Of a stretch of 64,000 bases of DNA, positions 12,445 to 21,200 are shown piece after piece; positions within the stretch are counted from its first letter, which is position 1, and every line of letters begins with the position of its first letter. A model generated the notes under the pieces. The model was not told the origin of the DNA. It did no database searches and saw only the letters and a program-made list of their open reading frames with translations. The stretch lies in assembly GCA_017540825.1 (NCBI GenBank), contig JAFYAH010000051.1:363-64362 (forward strand), written 5' to 3'. Position numbers and translations under genes: made by a program. This DNA is from Candidatus Methanomethylophilaceae archaeon. Lineage in GTDB: Archaea > Thermoplasmatota > Thermoplasmata > Methanomassiliicoccales > Methanomethylophilaceae.

Positions 12445-13956
12445 ACGCATAGGTGGAGCGAACCATGGTATAAAAACATGGCCCATGCTCCCTCTCTGAC
12501 CATCGAACGAACCGGCATCCTGACACCGCCGTCGCAGACGTGTGCGTCGTTCGGGAGTCTCGTGCTGAGCCGCCCTCCGCTTCAGGAACGACGGCTTGTC
12601 CTCGAACGAATCCATGAAAGCGGCGGCGAACAGCGGCATGTGGACGACCCCGCCCGCATCCACGAATATGTTGCCGTCCTCTAGCTTCACCCTGTGGGCC
12701 ACGTCGAAAACCTCGCCCACCTTGGATAGCGACGGAGAGTCCCGCTTTTTTCCCGATTTCACCTCTATGGCGGTCGCTCCGCTCGGCATCTCCACGACGA
12801 AATCTATCTCCATGCGCCCGTTGCCGTTGCTCTTCTGATAGTAGAACGTGTCGAAGCCGCTCTTGACCAGCCCCTCTGCGACAGCGTTCTCTGCAAGAGC
12901 CCCGAGATTATACGAATAATCCGCGGAATGGATCGCTATGACGGCCCCCTCGCCGTACATACGCGCGAGAAGCCCCGTGTCCGACATGTAGACCTTGAAC
13001 ACGTCGGGCTTCTTCTGACCGGCGAGGGGCAGGCTTATCTGCGAGATCCCATGGACGAAGTTGCCGTATCCTGCGTTCTTTATCCACAGGAGGTTCCCCC
13101 CGTACACATCGGCCGACTTGCGGGATCCCGCCCTGTCCTTGCCGACCTCCGAATAATGGAAGCGCTTATTGGTCTTGGACAGCTGCCCTGGGATGGATTC
13201 GAAGCACTCCATCGTCTTGACTGCGTCCATGCCGGAATTGTACCTGTTGATGTCCTGCCCCACCAGGGCCAGGATCCCTTCTTGGACTGCCATAGCTCCG
13301 TAATACGTCTCGCGGTTCTCGTTGAAGGCCTCCACCGCCGCAGGCATGCCTCCTATGATCATATATTTGCGGAACAGTGCGGCGAACCTTCCTAGGATCG
13401 CGTCCGGGACTGGAGAACGGAATCTTATGCATCTGCGGACCTCTGCGACGGAGTCCGGAGGAACCCCTTGAGACCAAAGGAACTCCTCGAAATCCAAGGA
13501 GCGCATGATGTACGGCTCCACGTATCCCATGGGAGAGAGCATGCCTTTCCTTTCCATAGAGCCTGTTCCGCTGATCTTGACGCCGAGCATCGAGCCGGAA
13601 GCGATGACCTTGAACCTCCCGTCCAGAGCAAAGAGCTTCAGAGCAGAGAAGGCCGCCTCGCAATCCTGTATCTCGTCGAAAAAGAACAGCGTATCCGACA
13701 GATCTCCGGATCCGAGAGAGCGCAGAGTGCGAATTGACAGCATTATCCCGTCTATCGAAAGGCTACGGCCCTCGAACACCGACCGGAACTCCGCGTCCTT
13801 GCTGAGATCTGCATACACATATCCGGAGTAGTTCTCCTTCGCGAAGCTCTCTATTATGAAGGTCTTCCCTGTCTGCCTCTGACCGTACACCAGAAGGGGC
13901 TTCCTGCCGTTCTCCTTCCAGTCCATCAGCCTGGCGTATGCCTTCCTTTGCAGCAT
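12430..13956 (-). CDS. AAA family ATPase (AAA_14 plus DUF4143 type).
   Basis: Walker A YGQRQTGKTF, Walker B LFFFDEIQD, and a DUF4143-like C-terminal half. An unusual tail of about 55 aa ends at a TAG that lies inside the tRNA-Thr gene. Confidence 0.8.
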   Translation of the reverse strand: MLQRKAYARLMDWKENGRKPLLVYGQRQTGKTFIIESFAKENYSGYVYADLSKDAEFRSVFEGRSLSIDGIMLSIRTLRSLGSGDLSDTLFFFDEIQDCEAAFSALKLFALDGRFKVIASGSMLGVKISGTGSMERKGMLSPMGYVEPYIMRSLDFEEFLWSQGVPPDSVAEVRRCIRFRSPVPDAILGRFAALFRKYMIIGGMPAAVEAFNENRETYYGAMAVQEGILALVGQDINRYNSGMDAVKTMECFESIPGQLSKTNKRFHYSEVGKDRAGSRKSADVYGGNLLWIKNAGYGNFVHGISQISLPLAGQKKPDVFKVYMSDTGLLARMYGEGAVIAIHSADYSYNLGALAENAVAEGLVKSGFDTFYYQKSNGNGRMEIDFVVEMPSGATAIEVKSGKKRDSPSLSKVGEVFDVAHRVKLEDGNIFVDAGGVVHMPLFAAAFMDSFEDKPSFLKRRAAQHETPERRTRLRRRCQDAGSFDGQRGSMGHVFIPWFAPPMRATVA

Positions 13957-14005
13957 TGCTCCTGCAAAGGGTTCATGGATATTAATCCTGCTTCAAAATA
14001 CCGGA

Positions 14006-14069
14006 CGGTTTTCTGCATCTTGGCTCAATTTACCGGGCGGTTTTCTGCATCTTGGCTCAATTTACCGGG
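14006..14069. repeat. Perfect 32-bp tandem direct repeat, two copies.
   Basis: CGGTTTTCTGCATCTTGGCTCAATTTACCGGG occurs at 14006..14037 and 14038..14069, with a partial copy end (TACCGGA) just upstream. It lies 50-115 nt upstream of the AAA ATPase start. Confidence 0.9.
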
Positions 14070-14146
14070 TCGATATGTATACGAACCAATCTAGGACATA
14101 CGACGTCCGTTTTCCCGCCGCGCCTGTTGTCAGGACGGAGCCGGGT

Positions 14147-14959
14147 TCATGGCCGGCGGAACGCGGGGAACATGTCCCTGAACACCACGGCGTCCTGCTC
14201 TATCAGCGGCGACTCGCAGATGAACGTGCACTCCTGCCTCGAATCCTCCAGGACGTCCGCCAGCATCTGCATGTCGGGGTCCCTGGCCTCCAGCGGCAGA
14301 TGGGATATCTCGCCCTTGTCGCCGTACTTGATGCAGCTTATGTGGAAGTGCGCTATGTCGCCGCAGAGCGGGAAGAACTCGTCTATGAGCGCCTGCATGT
14401 CCTCCCTGGTCTTCAGGCGGCCGCGGCCCCTCGCATGGACGTGCGCTACGTCGAGCACCGGACGGACGCCGTCCACGCTGTCCATGACCTTCCCGATCTC
14501 GTCCAGCGTGCCGAACTGGCCGATCTTCCCCATAGTCTCCACCCCGAGGACGACGTCCTTTATCCCCTCGTCGTCCAATATGTCCTTGCACTTGGAGAGC
14601 CCGCTTATCACCAGCGGGAGCGCGGTCTCGGGCGACTTGCCGTAGGATGCGGCGTGTATGACGATTATATAAGCCCCGAGGTTGTGCGCGGCCCTGGCGG
14701 TGCTGGTCACCCACTCGATGCTCTTCTCCCTGGTCTCCGGGTTGTCGGAGTTGAAGCTGATGAAATAAGGCGCATGGCAGCTGAGCCTGATGTCCAGCTC
14801 CTTGGCCTTCGCGCCGATCTCCTGCGCCCTCTCGGGGCTTATGCGCGCCCCGCGGACGAACTCCACTTCCAGGGCGTCCAGCCCCAGATTCCTAGTATAT
14901 TCCAGAGCGCCTTCCGGCTTCTTCCCTGCCGAAGGGTATCCTGCGGGACCGAACCTCAT
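14147..14959 (-). CDS. Endonuclease IV-like AP endonuclease (xylose isomerase-like TIM barrel).
   Basis: 270 aa. LSCHAPYFISFNS, IIVIHAASY, LGVETMG, LDVAHVHARG and AHFHIS match the metal-ligand blocks of Nfo-family enzymes. Confidence 0.7.
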   Translation of the reverse strand: MRFGPAGYPSAGKKPEGALEYTRNLGLDALEVEFVRGARISPERAQEIGAKAKELDIRLSCHAPYFISFNSDNPETREKSIEWVTSTARAAHNLGAYIIVIHAASYGKSPETALPLVISGLSKCKDILDDEGIKDVVLGVETMGKIGQFGTLDEIGKVMDSVDGVRPVLDVAHVHARGRGRLKTREDMQALIDEFFPLCGDIAHFHISCIKYGDKGEISHLPLEARDPDMQMLADVLEDSRQECTFICESPLIEQDAVVFRDMFPAFRRP

Positions 14960-15001
14960 GCTGCGCCCGATGCCGTAGGAATATAAAAGAGACTGCGGAC
15001 A

Positions 15002-15031
15002 CGGCCGCCCCGGGCAGAAAGAAGGGGCGGC
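15002..15031 (-). terminator. GC hairpin after the ABC operon.
   Basis: GGCCGCCCC-N12-GGGGCGGCC, a perfect 9-bp stem 10 nt after the permease stop. The minus strand then runs into CTCTTTTATATTCC, which doubles as the TATA box of the next gene. Confidence 0.45.
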
Positions 15032-15041
15032 CGGCCCATCA

Positions 15042-15653
15042 TCAGAAGTCCCTGGTCCTCACGGTCCTCAGCGTGAGGATATACAGCAGCGCGGTCACGG
15101 CCAGAAATGCGACGCACACAGCAGCCGTCGCCGCGATGCTGTCGGAGAAGATCCCGAGGATCCTCTGCATGCCGAACAGCATCACCGTCACTATGAATCC
15201 CAGGATCAGGATCACGACGAATATGGCCACTCCCTTGAACCGGTACCCGATGTACAGGGCGGCAGAGGACAGCATCAGCCCCAGGCATACCGACAGCACG
15301 ATCGTCAGCAGGGCGTCGTCGATGCTGAATTCGCATCCTGTGATCAGGACGATCAGCATCGCGCCCAGGAACGCGACCGCCTGGCATACGGACATGGTCA
15401 CCAGCGTGAGCATGAACTTCGCATCGACCATGGTCTTGCGCGGTATCCCCGAGGACACGGCGAACCTTGACCACCCGGACTTGTCGTCCATGTCGACGGA
15501 CGAGGCGGGCAGGGCCGCCCCCATGAACGCTGCGAACATGAACGGCAGATAGGGCCCGGACTGCATTATAACCGAGTAGATCAAGATGGACAGCGGCAGG
15601 GCGACGAACATTATCGTGTTGCTCGCGATCTCCTTCTTGAGCAGCCTGTTCAT
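15042..15653 (-). CDS. ABC-2 type transporter permease.
   Basis: 203 aa from MNRLLKKEIASNTIMFVALPL, with about 6 hydrophobic helices. ATGA overlap with the upstream ATPase gene. The track ORF 15042..16475 is an out-of-frame 5' extension. Confidence 0.75.
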   Translation of the reverse strand: MNRLLKKEIASNTIMFVALPLSILIYSVIMQSGPYLPFMFAAFMGAALPASSVDMDDKSGWSRFAVSSGIPRKTMVDAKFMLTLVTMSVCQAVAFLGAMLIVLITGCEFSIDDALLTIVLSVCLGLMLSSAALYIGYRFKGVAIFVVILILGFIVTVMLFGMQRILGIFSDSIAATAAVCVAFLAVTALLYILTLRTVRTRDF

Positions 15654-16471
15654 GCCTCCTCCCCCTTTGATATCAGGATCATGAGCTCCTCCAGGGTCAC
15701 CGGGTCGGCCTTCAGCTCGGGATGCGCCGCCGAGAACTCCTCCAGGCCCTCCACAAGGTAGTCGCAGCCGTGCGGCCCCGTGCGCCGCCTGACTATGCCG
15801 CTTCCGCAGATGTCCGAATCCCTCGGGGCATGGAGCACCCCGTACCTGGAAAGTATCTCCGAAGTCTCGCCGTCGATGATCACCTTCCCGTCCTTCAGGA
15901 AGACCAGGTAGTCCGCGATCTTCTCGATGTCCGAGGTTATGTGCGAGGAAATCGCGACGCAGCTCGACTCGTCCAGCATGTAGTCCCTTATGCAGTCGAG
16001 GAACTCCTCCCTGGCGGCCGGGTCCATGCCTGCCGTAGGCTCGTCCAGGACCAGGATCCCCGTGGGATGGGACAGGGCTACGGCGACCTGCGCCTTCATC
16101 CTCATCCCCCTGGAGTACTCCTTGACCTTCTTCCCCTCGTCGATGCCGAAGCTCTTCAGCATGCCGCGGAACCTCTGGTCGTCCCATCCGTCGAACATGC
16201 TGGAGAAGATGGAGGAGAGCTGCCTCGCCCTCATCTCCTGGGGGAAGGGGCACTCGTCGAACACCGCTCCCGCAGGAAGCGGGCTCCCGGGATCGACGCT
16301 TCCCTCCTCTGGGAGCGCCGCGCCGGTCATGCATCTCATCAGCGTGGTCTTGCCTGCGCCGTTGTCGCCCACCACGCCTGTTACGAAACCTCTCCTGAAG
16401 ACCAGCTCGGGAATCTCCAGGGAGAAGTCCCCGTAGGTCTTCCTCAGGCCCTTGACTATGAAGTCGCCCAC
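15650..16471 (-). CDS. ABC transporter ATP-binding protein.
   Basis: Walker A GDNGAGKTT, signature YSRGMRMK, Walker B ILVLDEPTAGMD. Confidence 0.92.
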   Translation of the reverse strand: MGDFIVKGLRKTYGDFSLEIPELVFRRGFVTGVVGDNGAGKTTLMRCMTGAALPEEGSVDPGSPLPAGAVFDECPFPQEMRARQLSSIFSSMFDGWDDQRFRGMLKSFGIDEGKKVKEYSRGMRMKAQVAVALSHPTGILVLDEPTAGMDPAAREEFLDCIRDYMLDESSCVAISSHITSDIEKIADYLVFLKDGKVIIDGETSEILSRYGVLHAPRDSDICGSGIVRRRTGPHGCDYLVEGLEEFSAAHPELKADPVTLEELMILISKGEEA

Positions 16472-16846
16472 TCAATCACCGTCATACATCAGGTCCACGA
16501 TCTCGTGAAGCTCCTCGCGGGATATCCCGTTCTCGCGCGCCTCGTCCGCCGCCTTGCGGATGCTCTCCTGTATGGAGACCAGATGCCCTTCGCGGATGAC
16601 CGACGGCTCCACCGAGGACACGTAGCACCCCTTGCCGCCGACCGTGGTGATCAGCCCCTCGGCCTCCAGGTCGTTGTACGCGCGCTTGGTGGTGATCACG
16701 CTGATCCTCAGGTCCTTGGCCAGGACGCGCATGCTCGGGAGCAGCTCCCCTTCCTTCAGCACGCCGTTGATTATCTGCGAGCGGATCTGAGAGTATATCT
16801 GCTCGTAGATCGGCCTTGGATCGGAGTTGCTGACGACGATATCCAT
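16472..16846 (-). CDS. GntR family (YtrA-like) transcriptional regulator.
   Basis: 124 aa. PIYEQIYSQIRSQIINGVLKEGELLPSMRVLAKDLRISVITTKRAYNDLEAEGLI is a canonical GntR wHTH. It has the short C-terminus typical of the YtrA subfamily that precedes ABC genes. Confidence 0.9.
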   Translation of the reverse strand: MDIVVSNSDPRPIYEQIYSQIRSQIINGVLKEGELLPSMRVLAKDLRISVITTKRAYNDLEAEGLITTVGGKGCYVSSVEPSVIREGHLVSIQESIRKAADEARENGISREELHEIVDLMYDGD

Positions 16847-16876
16847 CGTAAACCTCTGTGTATGACATCACGATAC

Positions 16877-16909
16877 CTGTATATAATCGTATATACTGAA
16901 TATATACAG
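16877..16909. promoter_or_regulatory. Palindromic candidate GntR operator overlapping the divergent TATA boxes.
   Basis: CTGTATATA-N15-TATATACAG (9-bp perfect arms) with a central GTATATAC palindrome. It lies 31-63 nt upstream of the gntR ATG and fits the GT-N-AC type GntR half-site logic. Confidence 0.45.
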
Positions 16910-17025
16910 TATTCATTGGATGAAACCTTGCTGATTCTCCGAACATGTACAGCGTTCTTAAAACCTAGGCAGAATATCGCGAATCGAACACATAAATCAA
17001 GTATGTCCGCCCATATCTCGCCGTC

Positions 17026-17820
17026 ATGAAGGTGGAACTCGACGTACAGCTCGACCCTACCCTCGGCTGCGGCCAGGCCCACAGATGGAGAAAGAAGGGG
17101 GACGGGTCCTGGGAGGGCGTCCTGGGAAACAGCATAGTGGTCCTGAGGCAGGAGGAGAGCGGCATGTCGGTCGAAGGGTGCTCCGAGCGGCGCATCCTAG
17201 ACTACATGAGGGCGGACGACGACGTCGATCGCATCCTCGCGGACATCTCCAGGCGCGAGCCATACGTCGCCGACCTAATTGCGCGCTGTCCGGGCATGCG
17301 CATACTGAGGCAGGACCGCTGGGAGTGCCTGGCCACCTATCTTCTCGCTACCAACGCCAACGTCGCCCGCATAGGGAAGATGGTAGAGTCCGTGTGCGCC
17401 GAGTTCGGGACCGACCTCGGAGGAAGGTCCTCGTTCCCTACTCCGAAGCAGATCCTCGACGGGAGGGACAGGGCCTGCGTGTGCAGGCTCGGGTTCAGGG
17501 AGCCCAGGCTCATCGAGCTGGCGAAACGCGTAGAGAGCGGGGACATAGACCCGGACGCCATCGCGGAGCTAAGCTACGAGGACTGCTGCGAAGCCCTCAT
17601 CGGAATAAACGGAGTCGGCCCTAAGGTCGCCGACTGCGTAGCCCTGTTCGCATACGGACATCTCGAAGCCTTCCCCATAGACGCCCGCATCTCCAAGGTG
17701 ATGGAGATAAGATACGGCGTAACGGGCAGCTACAGGAAGGTCGCCGACGAAGGCAGAAGGATCTTCGGCCCCTATGCTGGATACGCCCAGGAGTTCCTGT
17801 ACCACAGCCAGTTCATCTGA
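17026..17820 (+). CDS. 8-oxoguanine DNA glycosylase/AP lyase (OGG1-type HhH-GPD).
   Basis: INGVGPKVADCVALFAYGHLEAFPIDARI carries the OGG1 catalytic Lys and Asp context. N-terminal LGCGQAHRW is also present. Confidence 0.75.
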   Translation: MKVELDVQLDPTLGCGQAHRWRKKGDGSWEGVLGNSIVVLRQEESGMSVEGCSERRILDYMRADDDVDRILADISRREPYVADLIARCPGMRILRQDRWECLATYLLATNANVARIGKMVESVCAEFGTDLGGRSSFPTPKQILDGRDRACVCRLGFREPRLIELAKRVESGDIDPDAIAELSYEDCCEALIGINGVGPKVADCVALFAYGHLEAFPIDARISKVMEIRYGVTGSYRKVADEGRRIFGPYAGYAQEFLYHSQFI

Positions 17821-18230
17821 CTCAGAAAAGGATATTGCAAGCATCGGCCGGTCTTCACCGGGTTGCAGGAGCATCTGGGCGACGGCTGCCCGGTCTGGGA
17901 CTCGTAGGCCTTGTCCAGGAGCCCCGACCTCTTGAACACGCCGCAGAGCCTGCACATCTCCAGGGAGAAGTCGGCGTCCTCCTCGGCGATCCTGCGCGCG
18001 GACTCCCTCAGCTCGTCCATGAACATCCTGTAGTCGGGGTCGCCCTCGTCCATGTCCGGCCTCCCGCCCCTCTTCCTCTTCATGTACTGGGAGACCGCGG
18101 CGTCGGTGACGTCGAACCTGCGCGCGACCTCGGCCTGGGACATGCCGTGGACGTTGACGAGCTCGGCCGCCATCTCGCGGCGTATCATGGGGAGGACGTA
18201 CCAGACGATGAGCTCGCAGGGGACTTTCAT
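17772..18230 (-). CDS. Predicted HTH transcriptional regulator (COG2522-like).
   Basis: MKVPCELIVWYVLPMIRREMAAELVNVHGMSQAEVARRFDVTDAAVSQYMKRKRGG, plus Cys pairs downstream. Ends at TAG 17772..17774, 49 nt inside the convergent ogg gene. Confidence 0.5.
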   Translation of the reverse strand: MKVPCELIVWYVLPMIRREMAAELVNVHGMSQAEVARRFDVTDAAVSQYMKRKRGGRPDMDEGDPDYRMFMDELRESARRIAEEDADFSLEMCRLCGVFKRSGLLDKAYESQTGQPSPRCSCNPVKTGRCLQYPFLSQMNWLWYRNSWAYPA

Positions 18231-18263
18231 GCCGACACGACCTTGATGCACCTATTAATGCCT

Positions 18264-21200
18264 TTATGCGCCCGGGTTGACCTTCACGTAGAACTCGGAC
18301 ACGTCCCAGTCGTCGTCCTCGCGCTGCCTCTCGGTCTCGAGGCTCACGCCCGCCGACTGGGCGGCCTCCCTGAGGATGCGCAGGGCGCGGTCGGATCCCT
18401 GGAAGTCCTCCACCTTGGCGCCGGTGTAGCAAACCTTGCCCTTGAAGGAGCCTACGACCCTGGTGCCGCTGAACACGACCGCCTTCGAGGACTCCACCTC
18501 GTCCTTGAGGAACGCGCGAAGGTAGATGTGGAGGTTGTCCTGCGTGTTCAGCAGGAACTGCTCCGTGAAGCGCCCTGGACGGTTGCCCACGTCCTCCGCT
18601 ATCATCCATCTCAGGACGGGGTCGTCCCTCAGGAAGAAGCCCTTCTTCAGGAAGCCCTCGTCCTCCAGAGCCTTGAGCGTCTTCCTGACCTGGGCCATCC
18701 TGACCGACAGGAATGACGACAGCCCCTCCGCCGAGAAGACGCCGAAGGACCTGAAGTGCATCTTGGCTATCTCCTTGGCGGCGTCCATGCGGTCCATGTC
18801 CAGCATGGGGACGACGTTGTACATGTTGCTCTCGTCCTGGTAGAGCACGGAGCCCTTGGACAGTTCGGCGATGGCCTCGGACGTCCTCTCCGCGGAGTAC
18901 ATCGATTGGCTCACCACGTCCTTCTTGGACACGGGCTGCCTGTCCTTTATTATCCTCAGGACGTTGCGCAGGGTCTCGTCCAGCTCGACAGCCTTCTCCG
19001 CGCGGTACAGCACGGCGTGATCCATGTCGGTGTACCCCTGATATGGCGGCGACAGCGTCATCTTCACCACCGTGCCCTTCTCCAGCTGGCTCTTCATGGT
19101 GGTCCTCTCGTTGACGCGGATGGCGAGCTCCTGGTCCCCGCGGATGTAGCCGCGGTCCTCCACCAGGTCGGACACCGACTGGTAGCGGACGCCCTTGGCT
19201 ATCCTCTGCTTGTACAGCACGTACCCGAGCATGTCGTTGATCGTCATCGTCCAAGGCTCGAACCTGCCCTTGGCGTAGAATCCGTTGACGAGCACGTATC
19301 CTGCCGACTCCAGGGCGGAGCGCATCTCGTCGCCCAGCTGGCCAGCGTCCGTGCTCAGGACCTCCCTGATGCGGACGATGTCGACGCCCTTCATGTTGAA
19401 GTAGCCCATCATGCGGTCTATGGCCGCGAGCGCCTCCGGGAGAAGGTCCGGGGAGTCGAGGTCCATCGCGCGAATCTCTATGCATCCGGACATCTCCCAC
19501 ATCTCCAGCGCCCCGCGCACGACGTTGCCGCTCACCAGCGGGTAAATCCACTTGTCGCCGTAGCGGGCCGCGATCTCCGCCCATTTGGACCCTATGTCCG
19601 GGTCGGACAGCGCTATCACCTTCAGCGGGAAGTCCTTCTGGGGGACGTTCTCCAGGTTCGGTATCTCGTCCGACATGACGAGCATCTGCGCCTGCCCCTC
19701 GCCGACGGTTATCGCCTCGGCCCCGAGCCCCGGCGCCATCGACTCTATGACGTCCATCGGGAGGTCCACCAGGAACCTGAGGGCGCTGGACGGTATGGGG
19801 CCGTATGCCCTGATGGCCCTGGCCAGGAGCTCGGACGGGGGATCTCCGCCGGGATCCGACGGATGGTAGGCGGCGTAGGTGTTCTCCGTCCCCCAGTCCT
19901 CCCTCTCGTCGAAGTCGCGGATGATCAGGAGGGAGCGGTCGAGGCGGGAGACCGCGTCCTTCAGCGCGCCCTTGTCCATGCCGGTGGCGGCCGCGAGCTG
20001 CCTGGTGGTGGCCCTGCCCATGCCCTCGATGGTCTTCAGCAGCTCCAGGTCGGCAGGCTGTATCTCCTCGCGCCTCATGGACGCGTACCTGTCGCCCTCG
20101 TCCTTGAGGACGTAGCGGACCTTGCCCCTCACGAACCTTCCCAGCAGCAGCTCCCCGGACTCGCGCATGGAGTACCACTCCTCCAGGTCGAACCCCTCCA
20201 CCCTGTTGTAGACGTCCAGCTCGCTGCCGGCGGTGCCGTAGAAGTCGAAGTAGGAGCGGATGTCCGGGAAGGAGGCGCCCTTGGAGAGCCTGTAGCGCTC
20301 CACGGTGTCGTAGTCGAACACGTTCTTCTTGCCGGAGCGGAGCCTCATGTGGTCCAGCTTCAGCATGTACTGGTCGTTCTCGGAGATGAGGAAGCGCCCT
20401 TTGGAGACCTCCTCGGCCGCCGTCAGAGACTCGAGGGACGCCATGGCCTCGTCGTCCGGCAGGGATAGAGCGAACGCCGCCTCCTGGACGGTGGCCGGCG
20501 CGAAGCAGTCCAGGTACCTGAGGACGATGCGGTCCACTGCCGCCTTGCGGTCGATCTCTGGATATTCGACGCGGGCGAAGGTCCATTTGCCGTGGCCGTC
20601 GACGTCGACGCGGGCGACCTTGTACATGGACTCCAGCTTCCTGAGAGACCGGAGCACGACGTCGTCGCTGGCCTCCAGGTCCCCGGCTATCTCCGACACC
20701 GTGGCGCCGTCCCCTACCCTGCGCAGCACGTCCTCGTCGATGTCCGACAGGGTGCGCTCCTTGCGGGTGGCGGCGGCGTAGTAAGGAGCCTCGGAGGACG
20801 CCATTATGTGGACGTCGTCCATGTACACGGTGGATATCTCCCCCTCCTCCAGGAGCTCCCTGACCCATCCGTCGACGACCTTCTTGTCCTCGTCCGTGTA
20901 GGTGTATATGTTGCGCCCCCTCTCGCGGATCGCCTGCAGAGGCCCTGTCCTCATCAGGAGCTTGGGGATGTCCTCCTTGGACGCGATGCGGGGCGTCTTC
21001 TGGGCGTAATACGGGATTATCTGGTCCTCCGTGAACTCGAACTCGCTGACGGAGTCCCCGAGCGCCCTGTAGAGCACCTTGCGGTGGAGCTCCCTCAGCA
21101 GCGCGGAGCGGTCCTCCATCAGGACTATGTCGGAGAAGCCGGAGAGGATCGCGGAGTGCGCGAACGGGGACGGCGTCCCGGTGTAGCTTATGAGCCTGAC

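Noticed and set aside
10138-13956. One 3.8-kb frame (AAA_14 ORF, tRNA-Thr, ORF 12196..12378, TerB ORFs) that is interrupted only by TAG codons.
   Set aside because: The frame passes through a bona fide tRNA gene and promoter-like AT-rich DNA. The frame continuity across 12175..12480 is most simply chance in stop-poor sequence. Only the 10441 junction is supported by domain continuity.
14006-14069. CRISPR array.
   Set aside because: There are only two directly abutting 32-bp copies with no spacers and no cas genes nearby.
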